Positions 1 to 11,677 of a stretch of DNA of 64,000 nt are shown in pieces. The stretch is from NCBI GenBank assembly GCA_035193785.1, contig CP136572.1:608001-672000 (forward strand). The letters run 5' to 3'. The notes under the pieces were generated by a model. It was not told the origin of the DNA, made no database searches, and was given only the letters and a program-made list of their open reading frames with translations. This stretch comes from Planktothrix sp. GU0601_MAG3. GTDB lineage: Bacteria > Cyanobacteriota > Cyanobacteriia > Cyanobacteriales > Microcoleaceae. A program made the translations under genes and the position numbers. Numbering within the stretch: position 1 is the stretch's first letter; every line of letters starts with the position of its first letter.

Positions 1-1371
1 ATGGACATATAACCCAAAGCTATGGAATCCCAAGAAAATACAGACCCAGTTGAGGTGGGAGATAATTGCATCGCGGTGACGAAGCACCCGATCAAGCAAG
101 TTGTTGACATTGTTGGCCGGAACGTAATCACGCACCATGAAAATGGAAGCGTGAGCGCCTGCACCCACAATCAGGAAGCCACCAATCCACACATGGTGTG
201 TGAACAGAGACAACTGCGTGGGATAATCCGTCGCAATGTAAGGATAGGGAGGCATTGAGTACATGTGGTGAGCCACAATGATGCTCAAAGAACCCATCAA
301 TGCGAGGTTAATCGCCAACTGAGCGTGCCAAGAGGTGGTCAGGATTTCGTAGATTCCTTTATGGCCTTCTCCAGTGAAGGGGCCTTTATGGGCTTCTAAG
401 ATTTCCTTCATGCTGTGACCAATGCCCCAGTTTGTCCGGTACATATGGCCAGCAATGATGAACAGGACTGCCAGTGCCAGGTGATGGTGTGCGGTATCGG
501 ATAACCACAGACCGCCTGTTTGGGGGTTTAATCCACCTTTGAAGGTTAAGAAGTCGGAATAGACTCCCCAATTCAAGGTAAAAAATGGTGTTAAACCTTC
601 TTTAAAACTGGGATACAGTTCTGCCATCAGGTTGGGGTTGAGGATGAATTCATGGGGTAAAGGAATATCCTTCGCCGCCACTCCCGCATCCAGTAGTTTG
701 TTCACGGGTAAGGACACATGAATTTGGTGACCCGCCCAAGACAAACAGCCTAGACCCAACAAGCCAGCTAAGTGGTGGTTCATCATCGACTCCACATTCT
801 GGAACCATTCCAGTTTGGGAGCGCGTTTGTGATAGTGGAACCAACCAGCAAACAGCATCAAACCTGCCATTACCAGCGCACCAATGGCGGTGCAATAAAG
901 CTGGTATGTGTTGGTGAAACCAGAAGCTCTCCACAGTTGGAATAACCCAGAGGTAATCTGAATCCCGTGGAAGCCACCACCAACATCACCGTTTAAAATT
1001 TCTTGGCCAAAAATCGGCCATACAACTTGAGCGCTAGGCTTAATCCCCGTAGGGTTAGCCAACCAAGCTTCGTAGTTCGAAAATTTAGCGCCGTGGAAGT
1101 AGGCACCACTTAACCAGATAAAAATCACGGCTAAATGACCGAAATGGGCGCTAAAGATTTTACGCGAAATATCTTCTAAATCGCTGGTATGACTATCGAA
1201 GTCGTGAGCGTCGGCGTGTAGGTTCCAAATCCAAGTGGTTGTATTTGGCCCTTTGGCGAGATCACGGCGAAAGTGTCCTGGTTTAGACCATCTTTCAAAA
1301 GATGTAGGAACCGGATCTTTATCAACCGTAACCTTTACTTTTGCCTCACGCTCTGGAGGACTGATTGTCAT
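1..1371 (-). CDS. psaA: Photosystem I P700 apoprotein A1 (5' part; continues beyond window start)
   Basis: Manual translation from ATG at 1371: [34 protein letters not shown]...[16 protein letters not shown]...[27 protein letters not shown] at position 1, same frame; absent from the ORF track because no stop lies in the window. Confidence 0.98.
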   Translation of the reverse strand, partial: MTISPPEREAKVKVTVDKDPVPTSFERWSKPGHFRRDLAKGPNTTTWIWNLHADAHDFDSHTSDLEDISRKIFSAHFGHLAVIFIWLSGAYFHGAKFSNYEAWLANPTGIKPSAQVVWPIFGQEILNGDVGGGFHGIQITSGLFQLWRASGFTNTYQLYCTAIGALVMAGLMLFAGWFHYHKRAPKLEWFQNVESMMNHHLAGLLGLGCLSWAGHQIHVSLPVNKLLDAGVAAKDIPLPHEFILNPNLMAELYPSFKEGLTPFFTLNWGVYSDFLTFKGGLNPQTGGLWLSDTAHHHLALAVLFIIAGHMYRTNWGIGHSMKEILEAHKGPFTGEGHKGIYEILTTSWHAQLAINLALMGSLSIIVAHHMYSMPPYPYIATDYPTQLSLFTHHVWIGGFLIVGAGAHASIFMVRDYVPANNVNNLLDRVLRHRDAIISHLNWVCIFLGFHSFGLYVH

Positions 1372-2012
1372 TTAGACTCTCCTCGACCTGTGACAAAAAA
1401 TAAGTAACGTTGCAGATTCTGACAGAAGTTATACCCCTTTTTCAAAATCCTTAACAAAAGTTAGTGTTTCGTTAAATCGTTCCATAGATAAATTTCTATG
1501 AGAATAATTATTCAGGTTTATACCTGCACTAAAACCAACCTTTGTTCGGGGGCAACAGGACACCCTTGTATTTGCCTTAAGGCTTTTAAAATTTTATTTC
1601 GACAACTAACCCATACTTAAACCTTTGCATAGCAGTGGCTTTCCGTTTGGGGTAGCTGTTGTCTTTAAATGATATATCATCTTTTTGAATCTGGGGGGAA
1701 TGACTTGTTAACAATAATTAAAATTTCCCCTGATTCCTTACAGAATCATCATTTTATCTTCCATAAGGGTTTCAAAAAGTCAAATCTTTCTCAATAAATG
1801 TTACAAAACTTAAAATTCATCGTGATAACTTAGAATGTTGAAAACCTTGTCCATTTCAAGCTGGAATCAAAATCAATTCCACCGGACTTTCCTCTCTGGG
1901 TTCTTGGTGTCCCAATTCCGCGCTAGGATTGGTCTGAACTCCTCAAGTGACACCCTACCGAACCCAGGGAAGTTAAATACCCCCCTAAAACCGATAGATT
2001 AAGGTTGGGCTT

Positions 2013-3753
2013 ATGACTTTCAATAAAAAACCTATGGATAAAACTAAATTGGGCTTCCTGCAAAAAAATCGGGTGCTAAATCCCATACTTCAGTTATGGA
2101 CAAGGGTAAAAACCCAACTCCAAACCCTGTTAGCACTCTTAATCATCGTCGGTCTGGCTGGATGTGGAAATTCCGCCTCTGAAGTTCCGCCCCAAACTCC
2201 TCCAACCCCTACGATATCCAAATCCGCGCCCCCAATTTCCCAAGTTCCTCCCCCAAAACTGATTCAGAAACTGCATCAATCCCTCGATGCTTATCAGCCT
2301 CAAGTTACCATCCTCAATCCTCAACCCGATCAACTACTCGAAGACGATACTATTAACCTAAAACTTCAGGTTCAGGGTTTACCCCTATTCCAAGATCCTA
2401 AATTGGGTTTAGGGCCCCATTTACAAGTAATCCTGGATAACCAACCTAATATTGATGTTTACGATATCACCACTCCCATTTCCTTCCCCAACCTAGACCC
2501 CGGAACCCATACTTTAAGGGTTTTTGCCGCCTATCCCTGGGATGAAAGCTACAAAAACGAAGGGTCTTTTGCCCAAACCACCTTTCATGTTTTCACCAAA
2601 ACCCCTGATACTCACCCCGACCAAAATCTACCTCTGTTAACCTATAATCGTCCCCAAGGAGTATACGGTGCGGAACCAGTTTTACTAGACTTCCATCTCA
2701 ATAACGCTCCTCTACATATTGTGGCCCAAGAAAATCCAACGGACGAAATAGTAGATTGGCAAATTCGGATTACCCTTAACGGCGAAAGCTTCACCACCGA
2801 TAAATGGCAACCTTTATATATCAAAGGGTTAAAACCGGGTAAAAATTGGGTACAAATTGAATATCTGAACGAACAGGGAAATCCCGTTGATAACGTTTTT
2901 AATAAAACCGCCCGGGTGATTACCTATAATCCCAATCTCAAAAATACCCTGTCCCAACTAACTCAAGAAAAATTATCCTTTGCAGAACTTAAAGGAATCC
3001 TGAATCCTAATTTTGCCACTCAAGAATTGATTCCCACTCCTGAACCGGAAGAACTTCCTACGACCGAACCGGAAGTTATTTCGACTCCCGTAGACGAACC
3101 CACCGCCGAAACCGTTGAGGAAACAGCGCCAGAAGTAGAAACAACGGTAGAAACCTGAAACTACTCCATCGGAACCCGTAGAAACAACCGTAGAACCTGA
3201 AACTACTCCATCGGAACCCATAGAAACAACGGTAGAATCTGAAACTACTCCATCGGAACCCGTAGAAACAACCGTAGAAGCTGAAACTACTCCATTGGAA
3301 CCCGTAGAAACAACGGTAGAACCTGAAACTACTCCATCGGAACCCGTAGAAACAACGGTAGAACCTGAAACTACTCCATTGGAAGTGTTAGAAGCGGAAG
3401 AACCTGCGATTGAACCCGTAGCATCTGAAATTCAACCCGAAGAAACAACATCGGATGTTTCCCTTGAATCCCTAATTAAACAATTGGGTGGATTTTTGAG
3501 TCGTTTCCGTCTTCCCTTTTTAAATCAAGTTCAGGTAACATCAAATCCTCCGACACCATTACCTGAAATTATTGATCAAGTTCCAATGCCAAAACCTGTC
3601 ACCGAACCCCAACAGTTAGAAACCCCTAACCCGGTTCCAGAAATTACCTCAGAAGAAGAAAATTTTATTTCTGAGATGGAAGTTACTACGCCAGAATCAA
3701 CAATTGAAACCGAAATCATCCCAGAATCAACCCAAACCATTAACGCCGATTAA
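2013..3753 (+). CDS. Putative lipoprotein with Glu/Thr/Pro-rich repeat tail (one apparent +1 frameshift at 3150-3154)
   Basis: Hydrophobic stretch followed by lipobox-like LAGC; ORFs 2013..3158 and 3295..3753 join if one A is removed from GAAAC at 3150. Confidence 0.75.
3138..3384 (+). repeat. 42-bp coding tandem repeat, about 6 copies (ETTVEPETTPSEPV)
   Basis: Units start at 3138, 3181, 3223, 3265, 3307, 3349; the first unit is 43 bp because of the extra A. Confidence 0.95.
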
Positions 3754-3845
3754 AGGATTTATCTGATTGTACAGATTACCTTAATAGTTTGTTTTAATGT
3801 TAATGTAATCTGTAAGATTCATTCAATTAATTATTTACCAATATT

Positions 3846-4781
3846 ATGCAATCCCATCCCCAATCTTCCCTATTTACTCCTGAATCAAAATCCTATAATT
3901 GGCGAGGATATCAATGTTTTTATGAAGATTATCCGACCCTTAATCCCAATAATCAGGAGATTCCATTACTGTTAATTCATCCAATTGGAGTTGGATTATC
4001 TGGGAATTTTTGGTATCGATTTTGTCAGGAATCTCGGAAACAAGGGTTAAATCATGCTATTTATAATCCCGATTTAATCGGTTGTGGAAAGTCTGAAATT
4101 CCGAAATTTGCCTATTATCCCCAGGATTGGGCGGAACAATTGCATTATTTTTTACAAAATATTATTCAAAAACCTGTTATTCTAGTAGTACAAGGAGCGT
4201 TATTACCCGTTGCGATCGCCCTAATCCAACTCCAAAACCAATCTAATTCTAACTTAATTAAAGGATTAATATTATCCGGCCCCCCAGCTTGGCGAGTGAT
4301 GAGCGAACCCAGTTCAGAAAAACAGCAAAAACTCGTCTGGAACCTATTTTTTGATTCTCCCATTGGCAATTTATTCTGGCTCTATGCCCGTCGTCGTAAG
4401 TTTATCGAATCCTTCTCCATTCGGCAACTTTTTGCCAAGGCTGAAGATGTCGATCAAAATTGGTTAGACTTATTAGAAACAGGAGCCAAAAATGCTCAAA
4501 GTCGTTATGCCGTTTATTCCTTTTTAGCCGGATTCTGGCGACAAAACTATACGGATATTATGGCAGAAATTTCGATTCCCACCTTAGCAGTTTTTGGCAC
4601 AACCGCATCCAGTATTAGTCGCAGTGGATTTTTAGAAACCCCAGAACAACGGTGTCAACTTTATGAAAAAGGCTGGAAAAATTGCCAATCTGCTATCATT
4701 CCAGGGCGTAACGTTTTACCCTACGAATCGACCGCAGAATTTGTTAAGGTTGTCGCCAAATTTATTAACCAAATATTGTAG
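3846..4781 (+). CDS. Alpha/beta fold hydrolase family protein
   Basis: PLLLIHPIGVG, PDLIGCGKS; the nucleophile elbow is atypical (VVQGA). Confidence 0.8.
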   Translation: MQSHPQSSLFTPESKSYNWRGYQCFYEDYPTLNPNNQEIPLLLIHPIGVGLSGNFWYRFCQESRKQGLNHAIYNPDLIGCGKSEIPKFAYYPQDWAEQLHYFLQNIIQKPVILVVQGALLPVAIALIQLQNQSNSNLIKGLILSGPPAWRVMSEPSSEKQQKLVWNLFFDSPIGNLFWLYARRRKFIESFSIRQLFAKAEDVDQNWLDLLETGAKNAQSRYAVYSFLAGFWRQNYTDIMAEISIPTLAVFGTTASSISRSGFLETPEQRCQLYEKGWKNCQSAIIPGRNVLPYESTAEFVKVVAKFINQIL

Positions 4782-4848
4782 AATTTTTGGACACAGTGTA
4801 CGCACTAACAACCACTTAATTATTTAGTTAGTGACTGTCTGGCTCCCT

Positions 4849-6528
4849 TCATAGACGGTGGGATTGGGTTATTTTTAAACTCAAGAAAATAACCGGAATA
4901 ATCCCTACTAAAACAATCGCTAAGGCGGGTGCAGAGGCTTCAGCTAATCGTTCATCCGAAGCTAAATTATATACCCGAACTGCCAAGGTATCAAAATTGA
5001 ATGGACGAATAACTAATGTTGCTGATAATTCTTTCATAACATCGACAAAAGTTAACATTCCGGCCGTTAACAATCCACTCCACATAATCGGAGTATGAAC
5101 TTTAATTAAAGTGCCAGTCGCCCCGTATCCTAAGCTACGGGCAGCTTCATCTAAATTAGGTTTGATTTTACTTAAACTCGATTCTACTGTCCCGAAAGAA
5201 ACCGCTAAAAATCGGACTAAATAGGCATAAATTAAAGCGATAATTGTGCCACTCAATAACAATCCCGTAGAAATCCCAAAGGTAGACCGCATTACCCCAT
5301 CAATTGCATTATCTAATTGACCAATTGGAATTAAAATACCCACCGCAATTACCGAACCTGGAATCGCATATCCCATGGCGGCAATACGGGTAGATAATCG
5401 CATCAAAGAATTAGAATTTAACCGGACACCGTAGGCCATAATTAAGGCGATGAGAACTGCTAAAATTCCGCTAATAGTCGCTAAAGTTAAACTGTGTAAG
5501 GCATAACTCCAAAACTCGGAATTAAAAAAGGTTCCTAAATTTTCTAAGGTCATTTTGAATAAAATTATACTGGGAATCAAAAACCCAAATACTATCGGAA
5601 ATAAACAGATAAAACAGGCTAATCCGGCTCTCAATCCTTTGAGTTTAAATTGGTTTAACGATTGAAAGCGATTTCCTGTTTGGTAATATTGGGCTTGACG
5701 ACGTGACCAAAGTTCGAGTAGAATTAATCCCAATATAAATAACATTAAAACCGCCGCCAATTGGGAAGCCGCTACCCGTTCTCCCATGCCGAACCAGGTT
5801 CGATAAATTCCGGTTGTAAAGGTATCAACGCCGAAATATTGCACGGTTCCAAAATCATTTAGGGTTTCCATTAATGCTAAAGCTAATCCGGCAATAATAG
5901 AGGGACGAGCCAGAGGTAAAGCTACGGTAAAAAAACTTTGCCAAGGGTTACAACCAAGGGAACGACTCGCTTCTAAGGTGCAGGTTGATTGTTCTAAAAA
6001 AGCAACTCTAGTTAATAAATAAACGTAGGGATATAAAGTTAAAGATAATAAAAAGATTGCCCCCCAAATAGAACGAATATCAGGAAACCAATAGTCATCA
6101 ATTCCACTAATACCAAAAGTGTTTCTCAGGAGGGTTTGCACCGGGCCATAAAATTCTAACCATTCGGTATAGACATAGGCGAGAATATAACTAGGGGCGG
6201 CTAGGGGAATTAACAACCCCCATTCAAATAAACGGCTACCCGGAAACCGACACATAGTTACTAACCAAGCACTACTCACACCCAGCAACAATACAGTTAT
6301 ACCAACGCCAAAGATTAGCAATAAGGAATTAAAAATATAACCCGGGAGAACCGTTGAACCTAAATGATTCCATACCTCGGCAGAATTAACGAAAATACTA
6401 CTTAATACAAATAATACCGGAGTGGCAATCAAAACGGCGATCGCCACCACGAAAACAGTCCAAACATCCAGCTTTAAACTACGGTAGGCTTTTATCAAGG
6501 ACTCCAAGGACGATAATGACACAACCAA
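4849..6528 (-). CDS. futB: Fe(III) ABC transporter permease (FutB/FbpB family)
   Basis: Two EAA motifs (LEASRSLG, LDEAARSLG); multi-TM 559 aa; divergent from the ATPase gene. Confidence 0.88.
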   Translation of the reverse strand: MVVSLSSLESLIKAYRSLKLDVWTVFVVAIAVLIATPVLFVLSSIFVNSAEVWNHLGSTVLPGYIFNSLLLIFGVGITVLLLGVSSAWLVTMCRFPGSRLFEWGLLIPLAAPSYILAYVYTEWLEFYGPVQTLLRNTFGISGIDDYWFPDIRSIWGAIFLLSLTLYPYVYLLTRVAFLEQSTCTLEASRSLGCNPWQSFFTVALPLARPSIIAGLALALMETLNDFGTVQYFGVDTFTTGIYRTWFGMGERVAASQLAAVLMLFILGLILLELWSRRQAQYYQTGNRFQSLNQFKLKGLRAGLACFICLFPIVFGFLIPSIILFKMTLENLGTFFNSEFWSYALHSLTLATISGILAVLIALIMAYGVRLNSNSLMRLSTRIAAMGYAIPGSVIAVGILIPIGQLDNAIDGVMRSTFGISTGLLLSGTIIALIYAYLVRFLAVSFGTVESSLSKIKPNLDEAARSLGYGATGTLIKVHTPIMWSGLLTAGMLTFVDVMKELSATLVIRPFNFDTLAVRVYNLASDERLAEASAPALAIVLVGIIPVIFLSLKITQSHRL

Positions 6529-6647
6529 ACACTCCCCAAAATTTAATTAGGTCTTAGTGAGAATATATCCTAAAAAGGGGGTACAATTAGAATGGAGTTT
6601 CAGCAATATTAGTTTCAAGATTACCGTTGAACCCTAAGATCAAATTA

Positions 6648-7749
6648 ATGCCTGTAAAGATGACTCAATCTGTAATTCTGCATTTGGAGGAGGTCGGTAA
6701 ACAGTTTCCTCAAAACCAGACCCCAGCCGTTCAAGCCATTCACCTAGACCTACATGAAGGGGATATTTTAGGACTATTGGGCCCTTCTGGGTGTGGGAAA
6801 ACCACATTATTGCGAATGATTGCCGGATTTGAACAACCGGACACCGGAACGATTACCCTAGGGGGGCGGGAGGTCGCCGGGTTAGACTATTGGATACCGC
6901 CAGAACAACGGGATGTGGGAATGGTGTTTCAGGATTATGCCCTATTTCCCCATTTAACCGTTGCTAAAAATATTGCCTTTGGCTTAAAAAATACTAAGAA
7001 AAAATCTAGTTTAGGGATTCACAGACGGGTCGCAGAAGTTTTAGAATTAGTGGGATTATCGGGTTATGAAAAACGCTATCCCCATGAAATATCGGGAGGA
7101 CAGCAACAACGGGTAGCCCTAGCCCGCGCCCTAGCCCCCCATCCGGCTTTAGTATTATTAGATGAACCTTTAAGTAATTTAGATGTGCAGGTGCGGTTAA
7201 GATTGCGCCAGGAATTACGCGATATTTTAAAAGTAGCAGGAACCACCGCCATTTTTGTTACCCATGACCAAGAAGAAGCCCTATCAATTTCCGATTGGGT
7301 GGCGGTGATGCAGAACGGACGCCTAGAACAGTTTGGCACACCGGAAGCAATTTATCGGCAACCCGCCTCTCGGTTTGTGGCGGAATTTGTCACCCAAGCT
7401 AATTTTATTCCCGCCAAACGTCAGGGGGATTTTTGGGAAACGGAAGTGGGTTGTTTTGCGATTAACCCCTATCTTGTGGATGCGGTTACTCCCGATTGGG
7501 ATAAATTAGACCGGGTAGAATTAATGGTACGACAAGAGGATTTTATTCTTAAACCCGATGATAACGCTGCGGTGGTGATTCGCGATCGCCAATTTCTCGG
7601 ACGGGAAAACCACTATAGTTTGCAGGTTTCCTTCCGGTCGGGAATTGATCGCCCGAACCAGTGCGACAACGGCTTTACCCGTGGGAATGCGGGTTAATGT
7701 TTCTGTTCTGGAAAATGCTTTGCGGGTGTTTCCCAGTCGGAAAAATTAG
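6648..7749 (+). CDS. futC: Fe(III) ABC transporter ATP-binding subunit (FutC/FbpC family); apparent +1 frameshift at 7626-7630
   Basis: GPSGCGKT, ISGGQQQR, LLDEP; removing one T restores ...QVPSGRELIARTSATTALPVGMRVNVSV...RKN* (TAG 7747-7749); start codon uncertain (6627/6648/6660). Confidence 0.85.
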
Positions 7750-7849
7750 GGGTGAGTTAACATTTGATGGTGCGGTTTGTAGAGTGGGCGATCGCACCAT
7801 CAACATTAGGAATGTGGTTAAATTACAATCACATTAGATCTTACAATAG

Positions 7850-7941
7850 CAGGACTTACGCAGAATACCCAATTATACACCATCTGTAGGGGCGAATGGC
7901 CATTCGCCCCTACTAGATATGGTTGTTTTGCGTAAGTCCTG
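7850..7941. mobile_element. 92-bp MITE-like element with internal GTAG-type palindrome
   Basis: 13-bp terminal inverted repeats CAGGACTTACGCA (7850-7862) / TGCGTAAGTCCTG (7929-7941); AATAG direct repeat on both flanks (7845-7849, 7942-7946); perfect 28-bp palindrome GTAGGGGCGAATGGCCATTCGCCCCTAC at 7886-7913. Confidence 0.8.
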
Positions 7942-8017
7942 AATAGGCAATAATGGATATATTGTAGGGGCAAATCCGATAACAAAACTCAAATAATCTT
8001 TATATAGGTTCAATTAT

Positions 8018-8578
8018 ATGCCTAAAAAAATTAGACTAATGACAGATTATGGATGTTATCCTTTATGGTGGGATGAACCTGATCAAGTGGGTGATTTAGA
8101 TCCAGAATCTTTACCTTTAAGTCAAGAAATTATTCAACGTTTGTATGATTGGGCTGATGCTTTTGAAGCTCGATTAAACTTGGCTGATCCTTCTGATTCT
8201 CCTGAAGTTACACCGGAAGAAGTAGAACGTTTTGAATGGGAAGGATTAAGTTTATGGAAACAGTTAAATCAGGAATTATACCCTAATTATGAAGTAGTTT
8301 ATTTTAGTAGTCATTTCCATCAAGTTTTTACTGATTCGGCTAAATTAGAGGAAAAATTAAAGCTAAATCTGATGAAATTTAATCGAATTTCTTGGGAAGA
8401 TGCCAGGGAAAATATCTCTCAATTGTTTGATCAAGTTGTAGTAAATCGAGATATTATTGTTATTAATCGTGCTGAAGGAGAAAGTGTTGTTTTAATGGCG
8501 ATAGAGGAATTGAATCATTTAATATCAACTGCTCATTTAGACCATGAAAAACAAACGATTGGGAAAAAAGATTATTAG
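8018..8578 (+). CDS. Two-domain protein: acidic N-terminal domain of unknown function fused to a Phd/YefM antitoxin-like domain
   Basis: C-terminus ISWEDARENISQLFDQVVVNRDIIVINRAEGESVVLMAIEELNHLISTAHL follows the YefM pattern. Confidence 0.65.
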   Translation: MPKKIRLMTDYGCYPLWWDEPDQVGDLDPESLPLSQEIIQRLYDWADAFEARLNLADPSDSPEVTPEEVERFEWEGLSLWKQLNQELYPNYEVVYFSSHFHQVFTDSAKLEEKLKLNLMKFNRISWEDARENISQLFDQVVVNRDIIVINRAEGESVVLMAIEELNHLISTAHLDHEKQTIGKKDY

Positions 8579-8751
8579 AATTGTGGGGAATACGCGATCG
8601 CATTTTAACCTAAATCCTCCAGTTTGTCGGGTGCGTAGGGCGCAATTAATTGATTGGTAAATGCAATAATTAACAATCCGCCGCCCGCACCATCTTTTAT
8701 TAATTAACAACATTTTGGTGCGGGCGCGGATATCCTCACACCCTCCAGAAA

Positions 8752-9039
8752 CTATAATTGGTTTCGTTTTACGCCAATTCTGGTAATACCAAGAAGAATG
8801 AAAAGCAGCCCGGAGAATAGCCAAATTATTTCTGTAGGTACCCCCAATACTTCACGACCAGGGCCATAAGCTAAACTGGTAGCAACTACAATTAACCATA
8901 TACCTACCCCAAAAGTAATCCAAAGTTTTGCTGCTGTAATTGTTGGAGTATTATCCTCTATTTGATCACGAAATATAAAACCCACAACACCTTCAACACC
9001 CTTAATGATCTTGTCTGATAGCGGTAAAGACATTAGCAT
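8752..9039 (-). CDS. Small membrane protein, unknown function
   Basis: Two hydrophobic segments; AGGAG RBS upstream of the ATG. Confidence 0.6.
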   Translation of the reverse strand: MLMSLPLSDKIIKGVEGVVGFIFRDQIEDNTPTITAAKLWITFGVGIWLIVVATSLAYGPGREVLGVPTEIIWLFSGLLFILLGITRIGVKRNQL

Positions 9040-9322
9040 GAACTCCTAATTTGTAAGATCAGATGATATTTAAAAATATTGATTTAATTATAAACTTAGT
9101 TTATAATAATTGTCATCCGTGTTTTCACTGATTTTTAAATAATCAATGATCACAGCGTAGAGAAAATTATACTTACGCGATTCGTTATGTTCAGAATAAC
9201 AAGATAAGGTTTATTTATGTTGATGGTTTAGTTTATAGGGTACATGATGTTTTCAATGGGATATAATTATTGTATAATAATGATCTGATTTGCCATATTA
9301 ATATTATAAGAGGAAACAAGCA

Positions 9323-9713
9323 ATGATTCCAGGTGAACTAATTGTTAAAGCAGGTGAAATTGAACTGAATGTTGGTCGTCCGACTTTAAAGGTTCAAGTG
9401 GCAAATACAGGCGATCGCCCGATTCAAATTGGCTCACATTATCATTTTTATGAAGTCAATGAAGCCCTGAAATTTAAACGGGAAAAAACTAAAGGAATGC
9501 GGTTAAATATTCCCGCCGGAAACTGCGGTTAGATTTGAGCCGGGAGATGAACAGGAAGTTGAGTTAGTTTTGATGGGGGGAAGTTTGGAAATTTATGGGT
9601 TTAATGGCTTAGTGGAAGGTCAGTTAAATTTTAATTTATCCGAAGCAGAGAAACGGGATAAAAAAGAGAAGGTTAAGGAAGATAAAAAAGACAAGGGGAA
9701 GAAGAAAAAATAA
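9323..9713 (+). CDS. ureB: Urease beta subunit; apparent +1 frameshift at 9519-9523
   Basis: MIPGE...[17 protein letters not shown]...RLNIPAG then [15 protein letters not shown] after removing one A; stop at 9711-9713. Confidence 0.93.
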
Positions 9714-9809
9714 TTTTAGTTTGACTTGGGATTGTAGAATTAAATGATTGAAGAAGATTGAAGAAGATTGAAGAAAGCCCTGAAGGGCTTACTACTTAAG
9801 GAGTGAAAA

Positions 9810-11530
9810 ATGGGTTATAAAATGGATCGGCGGGCTTATGCTGAAACCTTTGGGCCGACGGTGGGCGATCGGATTCGGTTAGCGGATACGGAATTAATTA
9901 TTGAAGTCGAAATGGACTATACAAATTATGGGGATGAGGTGAAATTTGGGGGCGGAAAAGTAATTCGAGATGGCATGGGACAATCTCCAATTTCCCGTGC
10001 GGATGGGGCGGTGGATTTAGTAATTACCAATGCTTTAATTATGGATTGGTGGGGGATTGTTAAGGCAGATGTGGGGATAAAAGATGGGAAAATTTATAAA
10101 ATTGGGAAGGCGGGAAATCCCTATATTCAAGATAATATTGATATTATTATCGGCCCTTCTACGGAAGCGATCGCCGGGGAAGGAATGATCCTCACCGCCG
10201 GGGGAATTGATAGCCATATTCACTTTATTTGTCCTCAACAAATAGAGACTGCGATTGCATCAGGAATTACGACAATGATCGGGGGTGGAACTGGCCCGGC
10301 AACGGGAACAAATGCCACTACTTGTACTCCGGGTGCGTGGAATATTTATCGGATGTTAGAAGCGGCGGAAGCGTTTCCGATGAATTTGGGATTTTTAGGC
10401 AAAGGAAATAGTAGTCAACCCCAAGGTTTAGTCGAACAAATTGTGGCGGGGGCGATGGGTTTAAAACTACATGAAGATTGGGGAAACGACTCCGGCGACC
10501 ATTGATACTTGTTTAACAATTGCTGATCAATATGATGTTCAAGTTGCCATTCATACGGATACTTTAAATGAATCGGGGTTCGTAGAAACGACCATTGAAG
10601 CGTTTAAAAATCGGGTAATTCATACTTACCATACCGAAGGAGCGGGAGGGGGTCATGCACCGGATATTATTAAGGTTTGTAGCTTGAAAAATGTCTTACC
10701 ATCTTCTACAAATCCCACCCGTCCCTATACGATGAATACCTTAGAAGAACATTTAGATATGTTGATGGTTTGCCATCATTTAGATCGGAATATTCCAGAG
10801 GATGTGGCTTTTGCTGAGTCCCGAATTCGCCGAGAAACTATTGCCGCCGAAGATATTTTGCATGATTTAGGGGCATTTAGTATGATTTCTTCTGATTCTC
10901 AAGCGATGGGAAGGGTGGGAGAAACTATTATTAGAACTTGGCAAACTGCCCATAAAATGAAAGTGCAACGGGGGGTATTAACTGACCCAGAAAATTCCAC
11001 CGCATCCCATGATAATTTTCGGGTGAAACGCTATATTGCTAAGTATACAATTAATCCGGCTATTACCCATGGAATTGCTGATTATGTGGGGTCAATTGCT
11101 GAAGGAAAATTAGCGGATTTATGTTTATGGAAACCTGCTTTTTTTGGGGTAAAACCGGAATTAGTGATTAAGGGTGGATTAATTGCTTGGGCACAAATGG
11201 GGGATGCAAATGCGAGTATTCCTACTCCTCAACCTGTCTATGGTCGTCCGATGTTTGGGAGTTTTGGAAAAGCAATTTCATCTACTTCTTTAACCTTTAT
11301 GTCTCAAGCGGCTTTAGAGGCAAAAATTCCCGAACAATTAGGGTTAAAAAAACAATGTGTCGCGGTTTCTGGTACTCGAAATATTAGTAAAGCGGATATG
11401 AAATTAAATCATGCTTTACCGAAAATTGAGGTTGATCCTGAAACCTATCAAGTCAAAGCAGATGGGCAATTATTAACCTGTGAAACCTGCGGAGGTTTTA
11501 CCCATGGCGCAGCGTTATTTCTTGTTTTAG
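9810..11530 (+). CDS. ureC: Urease alpha subunit; apparent +1 frameshifts at 10483-10487 and 11482-11486
   Basis: [35 protein letters not shown]; restored C-terminus [16 protein letters not shown]. Confidence 0.96.
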
Positions 11531-11677
11531 TTTTAGATAGATTTCGACAGATTTCGACAGATTGAAATCTATCGCTACACAGACAAAACCCGCCTGCGCG
11601 GGTTATAAAATCAAGTGTTAGCGATATTCTATTCTTTAATTATCCCCTATTCCCTCTTTTTTAAGGAGGGTTATGGG

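Noticed and set aside
1700..1820. HLR1/RpaB sites upstream of psaA
   Set aside because: Only degenerate half-site matches in AT-rich sequence; cannot be placed with confidence
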